Source: Trichoplax adhaerens (taxonomy: Eukaryota; Animalia; Placozoa). From it: 64,000 bases of DNA. The stretch lies in assembly GCF_000150275.1 (NCBI RefSeq), contig NW_002060949.1, positions 4,765,915 through 4,829,914 of the forward strand, in the 5' to 3' direction. Both the position numbers and the translations under genes were made by a program. Positions 54,166 through 64,000 of this stretch are shown here, piece after piece. How positions within the stretch are numbered: the stretch's first letter is position 1; each line of letters starts with the position of its first letter. The notes beneath the pieces are model-generated. The model had not been told where the DNA came from. It did not search any database and saw nothing but the letters and a program-made list of their open reading frames with translations.

Positions 54166-56244
54166 TGAGGGTGGACGGGCTAATTTCTATGATTTTTGTG
54201 AAGGTAAATGTAAACAAAATTTTTGATTTCTTCAATAAATTTTATATGAAACGAAAGAGAATGAGTTGAATTACAAGAATCCGTTGTCAGAATTACTATA
54301 CGAAACGTAGTTTCTTCGTAAATTATGTTTAGAGCCAAACCGTTATTTCGAAAACTACAGTACGCAAAAATCTCCATACTAATTAACTTACTACAGTACA
54401 AAATAATACTGTAGAGTACCGAATTTGCCGCGAAATGGACAATTCCCCAAACCATTTTTTTATGCTCTTCTGCATGCAAGATACTAAAAATGACTTACTT
54501 GTCTGTTAATAAAATCATCTTATGACGTGTAAGTTGAATTAATATAGTAACTGTAGTCTTAAAGTAATGTCTAAAATTGAAGGCAGTGACTTAATGATGT
54601 CAAATAAAGTTGAAATAAAAGCGTTATTTGTGATTTAGTAAGTCTAAAAATCTGGTGCAAATTGATGTCAATTCAATCGATCAATAATTTGAGACGTAAA
54701 TAACAATTTAAAAATGTCGACCTTGAAAGTGTAACTTAATTATCCAATTAACGACTAAGCGTATAAAGCAGTATGGGGAGCGTCTTGGTTTGTGACAAGA
54801 ATTACAGTAAGCGTATGCGCTGATCAAAGATACTAAAATTTTCAATCCTTGATGAACTTAATGATTATATTCGGATTACGTCGTTTATTATCGCAAGGTG
54901 TGTGAGCTATGTAAATGGTATAAGTCAAATTTACGATGGAGAAATAAATCGATATTTCCATCAATTTTCCTATAGTACATCTAAAGCTCAGTAGTAGTTA
55001 AAATAATTTATTTATTTACTAAAATTATGTTATATCGGAATAGATTTATTTTGATCTATGTAGAGCACTTAGTTGTAATCTAAAGTAAACTGAAGTTCAT
55101 TTAAATTAAATAATCTTTCAATTTAGTACGAATGAATGCCAGAGAACATCGCGAATTTAGTATATAATCCTATTTAATAACTAACAACCACGTTGAAATA
55201 ACTTATTAGTTACTCATATAGTAAAAGATTATTTGGTTAATGTGTCTCGCCCAAATTTTAATATTACGTTAATTATAATCTATCCTAACATTAGATAAAT
55301 AGATTAATGTATACATCTAATCAGTTAAGCATTTTATTTAAATTATAGATCGTCAAACAGATGCATTAACTATTATAATCATCAGCCTCTTACTTAAATA
55401 TTTTTATTAATTGAAATAATTACTATACATAATAACTTCGCAGTATTATATTGTAATGGATCAAATCGCTTAATGTCTTCTCCTTGTATAGATTAATATG
55501 GTGCTGATATAATGCGCAATATCTGTCACATCCAATACATATATGTACTCAAATGAAGTTTTTTGGTCCAAAGGTGTTTAAGTAACAATGAAAATTCTGT
55601 AAGAATAACTAGTTTACAAACCAAAGTTGGTAACATTAATTACTCGTAAGTCGTACCATTGTCGATTTATTATTCCCTTTCGCCTTCATATAGTATTAGT
55701 ATGAATAGAATTCGCTGGCATCCAATGTCATAGAATATCCAAAAAAGCTAATTTATCAGCAAATATTAATTTGAATTTATAAGCAGTATCATTTTAATAT
55801 TCATTCATTTAGAATGAACTTTACTAATACGAGTATATAAATTACAGGCTCATTGAGAATTTAAAACCTAGGTTTGTTGAATTCAGTAAACTCTCACAAG
55901 ATTATTGGGTTTGTATAATTATTTTGGCGAATTTAATTCTATGTTAATATCTGTAGACTGGCACATTAATCCTATAACACTAGAATTTTAAGTAAGAGTT
56001 AAATAATCACCTTTAAGATGACGTAATATCACATAGTTTCACAGTCTAGTGATTACAATATTATACAGTAGGTAGCTCTATATAGAGAAAATGTTACACC
56101 AAGTAATAGATAAGTTTATTTTAATATTATACACTATTCATTTTTACTGAATTGTACAACTCTCTGACATGGCAATGATTGTAAAAATATTCTTTTTTCG
56201 ACTAGAAATATTCTAAGTCAATCTGTAACTTTCATAGACGAATA

Positions 56245-58927
56245 ATGAAGATCTTCATAGTTCTCTCTCTTGTCGCCTGCGTTGCTGCCTTTAAACGTGA
56301 GCATAGCTCAAAAAAATCATTCTAGTGTCGCGGGGATCGTCTATACATGGGAACTTACGGAAATTTGATTCAATCAAGCTATGCTTTAAATAGACAACTA
56401 GATAATGACCACGTGATAGAGTAATAATAAAGTATAGCGAACATTGACTACAGTTTTACCAATAAAATACGCAGACCAACGATCTAATGTCTGTGAAAAA
56501 TCATGAATCATATTTATACCAACGTCTACCAGTATTAATTTGTATTAATTGGACTCAATGTGTGCAAAATACGATACCGACAGACAGTTATTGAGTCAAT
56601 GTACTCCATTTGTTAGCTTTTAATCACTTAGCAATTTCCACTTAAGTATGACTATACGATAGAATATATTTTATTGAATTTTTTGTGTAATATGTGTAGG
56701 CTTAGAAGCTCCAACGAATAATCAGAACTATTTTTCTTTAAAATTTTCTAAAACTGTCTAGAATTTTACTCCTATATAGGCTGCTTGGTTAGTAAGGTAT
56801 TATATGCTAGCTTAGCAATATAATCTAGCCGAAAAGAATCACATATAAGAAAGAGCACGGCTGCAGTTCTTAGTAATTTTGCTGGTGAATGTTATTACTA
56901 GCTTCTAGAAGATATTTTTAACACGTGTTGTGAGTTACATCAATATGTTTATTTTAATAAGTGGATATACGAGCACATGTGCTATAAGCACGTAGTATTT
57001 ATTCGTAAGTCGTCCTAATCAAAGCTTTATATTACTTCATGATCGTTAAAAAATTTTCCATTTCTAAGTCTAGTTCCTCCTGCTGTAAAACAAATCAAAC
57101 GTGGTAAGGATACTGTAAAATACATTAATTTTTCCTTGATGGACGAATTAATGGTAGAATATGAAATTAATTTAATTTAACCCGATGTTTGGAACGTGCG
57201 ATTTTCGTTATACTGTTGTAATTTCGGCCTAAGACACCATAATTAAGAATGTTAATTATTTTTTTTTGCCAATTTAGAATGGAAAGTTCAGCCTGACAAT
57301 ATTGATAATAGCGACAGAATTGTTGTCGGGTCGAATGCTTATGCTGGTGATATCCTATATGTTGCATCTGTTAGACAATATATAGGAGGCTATTGTACAC
57401 ATATTTGTGGTGGTACTATTATAAGATATGATCGCGTTTTAACTACTGCTCATCGTACATTTGGTTTATCGTGATTTAGTCAATATTGTAGCAAGTTAAA
57501 TCACCATTAATGATAATCTTGATGACCATGAATAACATTCCTCTGTTAACTCTATGTAAGTTTTGAAAGAATAATAAGGCTATAATGTTATTACGACTCC
57601 ATAAAATAGTTTAAATCATATTGATAAGCTCAAAATAAACCGAAAAAATGTATTGTATATCGTACATAGCCATTGATATGAGAAACATTTATCGATATAA
57701 AAATTACTTATGAAAATGATTTCTTTTTTCATGTATAATTGCCATTATAAAACTTAGGCATAAGACGCATTCATAGTCTTGATCGCCATTGATAATCTGT
57801 AAAATCGATATAACTGATGTAGATATTATTGAATTATTGTGATTAAGTTATTCAGTACTCAACTTAATTTTATAAAATTTACTGGTAATAGATCATTCTG
57901 AATAAATTTAGTAACTCTTTTAGAGACAATATACTTGGATTAGGACGAAAGCATTAAATTACAAGCTACAAGATCTTCATTTTTATTTACAGCGTTGAGC
58001 ATTACTCGTACAGCTCATACAGTAACAATTACGACTTCTTAGTTTTAAGCCTTAGAAAATCACTCAGTTATAACAGCTATGTAATTTCTATTTCGATGGG
58101 ATCTGCTAGTACTGGTGAGTGGGTTACTGTAGCTGGACGGGGCGAGAATCATGAAGGTGGCCCAAAATCGAATCACCTTCAGAAGCTCACTATCCCTATC
58201 ATGAACGATCCTGATTTCAAGAAAGCTTACCCGAACGAAATCTATGATTCTGTGCAATATGCTAGTTGTACGATTAAAGCTGGCTTGGACTCTTGCTACG
58301 GAGACAGTGGTGGTCCGTTAACGCGAGGAACTGGTACATTAGCTGTCCTTGTTGGAGTTGTTGGCTGGGGAGATGGCTGGTATTTACTAAATTTTATCCA
58401 ATTTTATTATAGCATAACTGAGCTATATATTGATTTGCTGAAGTCGGCTATGGTATTATAATATCGTTAGAATAACGCAATACTGTACTGTTATCGCAGG
58501 AATATATGGCATCATAACAACACATATTTGCTGGAGTTATCTATTAAATATTGCTAGTATAAGACATACAGTATATTTGGAACACAGTTTACCATTATTC
58601 CGGTAATTATGGTATCTCGATAAATATTTACAAGCTCATTTCACCTAATTTATTAAAAATAATAATATTCTACTAAAGTAATCGCAAAAAGAGTTTTTAG
58701 AAACGAACGCAATTTACTAATAACTGTATCTTAATGGCCTAGCATGCTTTACTACTGATACTATATTGCACTATAATTTATTAAAAGAATTATTTAAAAT
58801 TTTCGAAACATTTAAAGAGCTAAACTTAATAACAAAATACAATACTTTATTTAGGTTGTGCTCGCTACGGCAAACCAGCGTCTATGGTCGTGTCAGTAAA
58901 ATCCAATCATGGGCTAGTGGCATCTAA
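56245..58927 (+). pseudogene. Trypsin-like (S1A) secreted serine protease pseudogene
   Basis: Signal-peptide exon MKIFIVLSLVACVAAFK (56245-56296), propeptide exon (~57073-57102), R|IVVG...HICGGTII...VLTTAHR exon, then YDF and GLDSCYGDSGGP, and a last exon GCARYGKP..VYGRVSKIQSW. Disablements: frameshift/TGA near 57470, two in-frame TAA at ~57497-57535, IVGG>IVVG, AHC>AHR, GWG>GRG, lost cysteines, and a 1-nt frameshift in the last exon (~58880). Confidence 0.88.
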
Positions 58928-59055
58928 CCGCACTACCTTATTATGATCTTACTACAATATGCTAATATTGAATAACTTAGTCCATTATAACTACCGACTT
59001 GATTATAAGTGATGTACACCATTGCTTATTAATATAACGTTTCAACTCTTCATAT

Positions 59056-59457
59056 TGTCACTAGAAGTCTGGAAGTCTAGATAATTAGGCTTATATTTAT
59101 CGAGTATCTGTAGATTAAGTAGCGTAAAGTATTTTAAGGTAGACGATGATAGAAGGTATAAAGGATTTTATTGAGATACAAGTTACAGGCTAACAATGAT
59201 ATGGTTGTTATAGATAAGGTATTTGAGATAGCAGGAACGTAGGAACTGACTAACGAGTTAGCGTACAAGGGTATTTATAGGTTTTAGATGGGATTGAGAT
59301 AATGTCTTTATATGTATAGCATGTCGTCTATATGTGGTCATGATGTCGTACATTATGAATGTAATACAATACAGTACTTAAACGGTATATGATAAGTATT
59401 CGTATATTAGGATATTACTATACTAGGCATCTTCTATATAAAGATCATAATGTTACA
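59056..59457 (-). mobile_element. Possible LTR of a second family (~400 bp)
   Basis: TGTCAC...GTTACA termini. On the minus strand TATAAATA (~59275) precedes AATAAA (~59170). No matching TSD, and only one copy in the window. Confidence 0.35.
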
Positions 59458-60954
59458 ACCGTCACGTGATAGCCACTGCAGTTCCACGGTAGTCTCAATG
59501 CCGATGAAAAACTGCATGGCTGAAGGCTGTTTTATAGTTTAACCTCGGGATAGGCTGGTCTGAATATTCCAGTTCTAATGACTCTCAATTGAATTTTTTC
59601 CACATAAGAAATGTTACAATAGCATTTATCAACTCTAGCATGACTGACTAGCTCTCAACTGTCATCTAACACCAGACTATCGTACTATAATACGGTACTA
59701 GCAGTCATCACGGCAGCTTACTATCACCTGCTGTCACCGTTCTGTACTCGACAGTGTCAACTTTTGAACTGGTCTTCTTGCCGATTTCAACAGCCTCTTA
59801 AACGGTACTCAACAAGCTGGAGCCGTTTTAAGTTGCCCGTATTGAGAATAATTATATCTTACGTGTTGAACAACATCAAGCACCTCTAGTTCTATTTCTT
59901 TACGAGGCAATTCTACGTAAATGGCCTTAATTGATACGCATACAAACTGTGGATGCTTTAGTGTTATGTCTGACTCACAAGGATTGTGCTGACAGGTCAA
60001 GGATGAAGGAAGGAGTTTTACTGACAGATTAAATACTAATAGTTACTCCAGTAGTCAACGGCACAGAAAGGATAATCATATATTAATCGTAATAAGGATA
60101 AGACTTATGTATGTATAGCTATAGCTCGTAGTAAGGCATTCGATGTAGTTGCTCTGATTGGCTATCATGTTGAGTACAGGATAAGATAGCTACAAATACT
60201 TACAGGACGTACTGTTATAGATGCTTTCCATTTAACGAATACTTAAAAATAAAATAAATAAATGTTGATTTACAGATTGAGCTAAATAGCATACAGCACT
60301 TGACGAAATAGAAGTCATAATTCGGTAAGATTGCATATCATAAAATCAGTTTTATTTTTCCAACTACGGAAATTGCTATTGACAAGTTTTACCATTTAAA
60401 TTTGGTACGATAATGAATAAGCATCATTTTTTCCTTAAATATGCAATCGTGCTAAATAGAACTACAATTTATCTACCCGGTTGATGTGTATTCAATTCTG
60501 ATCGCTTTGTTGCAAATATACGTATGCTACCTAGTGTTCAATTGCACGCTGCTAGTAGTTTATGCAGTAGATTAATAGTTTAATTACATATTATTATAAT
60601 TATTAATCACAATTAATAATGAGCAATTTATTAAACTATTAATCTGCTACATACACTACTGGCAGAATGGAATTTTCACATACATACGTATAACAGCGCT
60701 ATCTAGGTATGCACTGTAATTTTAACGGATTGTTGACGCCGAAAAAATATTTAATTGTTGCAGTCCTGGTGGTTATCGGATATTATTGACGTTAATATTG
60801 ACGGTTGACTAGATCGGATTAGGAAAAAATTCTATCGTTTTCAGGACTTTTTATGGAAATGGACTGCCAATGATAAACTGGAGTAAATGCGTATGGTAAA
60901 CACTAAACACCACAGAGTACCACCGTATACAGTACGTTTACTGCACCGTTCTAT

Positions 60955-61085
60955 CCATTAGTCAAACTGCGGAATGTCGAGTCAAGTAGCGGAATTCACT
61001 TAACGGATACTCAATTCGCGGGATGGCTAGTCAAATCGTAGAATGGTTAAGCAATTCGCAAACAGGCTAAGGAATTCACATAGAC
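60955..61085. repeat. Degenerate ~20-21-bp minisatellite
   Basis: Units such as TAGTCAAACTGCGGAATGTCG, AGTCAAGTAGCGGAATTCAC and TAGTCAAATCGTAGAATGGT, flanked by direct repeat ATACAGTACGTT (~60928, ~61100). Confidence 0.55.
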
Positions 61086-64000
61086 TGGAAACACCTACCA
61101 TACAGTACGTTAGCAAAGTATTTAAAGAATTACGCAGACACGGTACAGCAAACGGCTTAGATATAATATCTGCGAGAGTGCTGCATCGTCTTATGAGTTA
61201 GTAAATTATTGTACTTATGTAAGAGTATAATACACAAAATTTTCATAAATTTGCACTATTAGACAGTAATGCAAGGGGTGAAAGTGTACAAATAGCTGTC
61301 ATAATTCCAAAGACAGAAATCTTGAGTGACCCATGTTGTGCTATGAAAATGGTACAATTTTATCATTTAATAAGATTGCATAAGCTTCTCAATATACAGA
61401 ATTTAGCTAAAACAGCTAATAGCGTTCTACTTGTAGGAGGGTGTTGTAAGGAGGACTAAAAAGAGCACTCACATTAAATACCATACCTCACTATTGACTA
61501 AGAACACCTCAGATTGCTACCGGAGGATAACGGTTTTGAGTTGAAAACTGCAGATGGATCGAAACGCTCCAAACTACGTATAGCGACAAACCATTTGAGG
61601 AGACAAGAAAAGTAAATTAGGCGGACATTACCTTGTGTCACGTGCTCGTATCGCGACGAGTTATGTTATGTATGTAGATTGTTAGTCATGAATTAGATAC
61701 CTAATTTGCAAGAGAGCTCAAAGGTCAGATTGTGCTCCGGTCCTGGTTAATCTCATGTTATAGCATGCTCTAACGTACAGTATTTTAAAGTAAGGCTTAT
61801 AGATGTACTAATTTAGATCTAAGAATATACGATAGATGGATGATACGGTTTATCAGTATTAACTTCCGCGCATAGAAAGTATAAAGTGAGTTATTTTTTT
61901 AAACAAAGAGAGTTCTAGTTTGATCTTAATGAAGACTGGTATCTGTGCTTAACTGCGCTTGGAAGCAGTTTCTGTGCTACAGAAGTGATCGAAAGACCTT
62001 GACAGTGTCACAATGAAACGAACGATTAACTTCTTAGGTCCAGCGTATGCAACTATCGTAGCTTTAAATATTTAAAGGTTTGAATAGCCACGAATTAAAA
62101 CAACGGTTATTGTGGTATATTAGAATAATTATACTACATAGTTTACAAACCAGAGGAACATACTAATAAGATAGTCGGTCCGATTTCGGATTTATTTAAA
62201 TTTCGCTAGGATTACAATGTAATTAAATTTATAATGAGCATTGTCAGAATTGAACCTGAGTTAGTTAGATATACGCATATAGCAAGAATTTTATAACATA
62301 ATTTTATGACATAATCTATCTTTGGCAACCGATAGCTAGGTGTTTTGCACCGTCTAGTTCTAAAACATGTATACCTTGAAAACCTAAAAATTCTTAATCT
62401 ACGGGTACATACGTTTATATTACTTCTAGTTATTACAATAGGTGTACTTTTATTACTTAAGATGATAACTGAGGTAAAGATAACGTTCAGACTCATTTGT
62501 GGACTATTATTATCAATATCTAATGACCTTAAATTTAAATCATCAATGCATCATGTGATAAAAAACTTGGGCTTAATTTACTAATCGTATTATGGCATCA
62601 TTATTTTACATATAGATCATCATGTGATGTTTACTCCACGTAATCAAATCTTATCTACAAGATGCGCGGCTTTTAAGCTGTCTTAATAAATCATCTATGA
62701 TAAATTGCACCAATTAAAGTCTAAGGTGGTTGAACCATGAGTCAATAACCTCACTATTTTCTGTTAATATAATGAAAGTTATGACATTGAACTGAAGGCA
62801 AATGATGAATGCAGAATCATGCGATACGGTACGCTTCAGTGGATTACTTGATTAATAAAACATGCCATGAGATTATTCAATCGTCAAGATAAATAAGCTA
62901 TTCAGTTTAAAACGCTAAATATCTTGACAAGATCAATTCACGAGTAAAACAATTTGCCCTTGGTACATACCATAGCCATACCTGAATTCTGCTGCAATAA
63001 AGCATCTTAAAAATAATATCATAAAAGCTTGAAATTTTTGTTAACTTCACTTTTATTACATGGACTCGTTCTTTTACCAGTTTCGCAATCTTGACATCTA
63101 ACCCTTAAACTTGGCCATTTTGGAGCTACACTGCGACTGTTTAGCATACCTTGGTAGCGAGAATCAATAAATAATAGGTTATCGAACACGTTTTCATTAG
63201 CATAAGTATGTTTTTGTCGAATTATTAGCATCTTCTATATTTAAGATTGCTATTATCAAAAACGCCCATATTGTTGTTAAGATAATCCAACTGAAATATT
63301 TGGATCGTTTAAACTCAAAAGCTTTTTTTTGAGACCTAGTGTTACGGCACTACGTTGCCCAAATTATAGAATTCAAGAAAGTATTGTTGCTGACAGTGGT
63401 TCAGTGTTCTAGTATGTTTGGTAGATTATAGTACAGCGTATCTACCGGCTGTGAGCCTTTTAGCAGGGTAGTCATAGTAGCAGTACTATATTCTTACTAG
63501 ATCTTTCGGTAGATTAGGGTAGTAATCTGTAGAAGCAACTCGAAGTAAGTGCTTTGCGTTAGACTAGTAAACTTGTTAGGAAGTAGTCAGTCATTACAGC
63601 AAATTTATGACTATTTTTACTACGAAAGTAAGGTACACTACGTGATTCTCAAACAGAGTCTGATATAAAAAGGGGTTAACTCTCAAAGTGGAAGTAAAAA
63701 AATTATTATGTTATAGACAATATCATCAATAAAATGCGTGTTAGCATCACGAATGATAATGTCGACTGCTGTTATTGTCTTAGCAATGGAAATTGACTTT
63801 AAGTGGAATTTCTAGAATATATTGTCATAACTGTACGTTCTAAGACATTACCATTATATGTAATATTTAAGTGCTTTACTTGATAAAATAGGATGTAGTA
63901 ATCACGCCGAAATTGCCTTATGTTATTTATTGACTTAGCGATGTATGCTATGAGATCTTCAGTATGAACAACATTTTTAATGGCTTCTCTTTCAATTTTT

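Noticed and set aside
63019-63234. 70-aa minus-strand ORF / possible exon
   Set aside because: Splice-like sites are present, but no recognisable homology or consistent exon chain could be assembled.
1-64000. tRNA/rRNA genes
   Set aside because: No A/B-box cloverleaf or rRNA signature noticed by eye; tRNAscan-SE/barrnap would be decisive.

Overview
AT-rich eukaryotic (animal) genomic DNA with short GT-AG introns. The gene content and composition are consistent with an early-branching metazoan such as a placozoan; this is an inference, not a database result. Manual exon reconstruction gives five genes: intronless-CDS FoxA (-, 121-1353), 11-exon POLDIP2 (+, 20752-24073), a 13-exon SLC6 amino-acid-type transporter (+, 31311-37827), 13-exon mitochondrial proline dehydrogenase PRODH (+, 41982-48173), and a 12+-exon ROGDI (-, 49004-51778+) that the ORF track misses entirely. 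There is also a trypsin pseudogene (56245-58927) and two regions of apparently decayed exons. Repeats include two copies of a ~550-bp solo LTR with TG..CA ends and 5-bp TSDs, foldback/MITE-like palindromes upstream of PRODH, several intronic tandem repeats and one 50-N gap. Best leads: (1) a transporter with a proline-transporter-like binding site lying directly upstream of PRODH, a possible animal 'put'-like pair; (2) a recurring promoter architecture of TACAGTA/TACTGTA clusters plus a ~150-200-bp A-tract module; (3) an ORF-free, hairpin-rich ~700-nt candidate ncRNA between that module and ROGDI. All identifications are by eye from recalled motifs; no searches were run.
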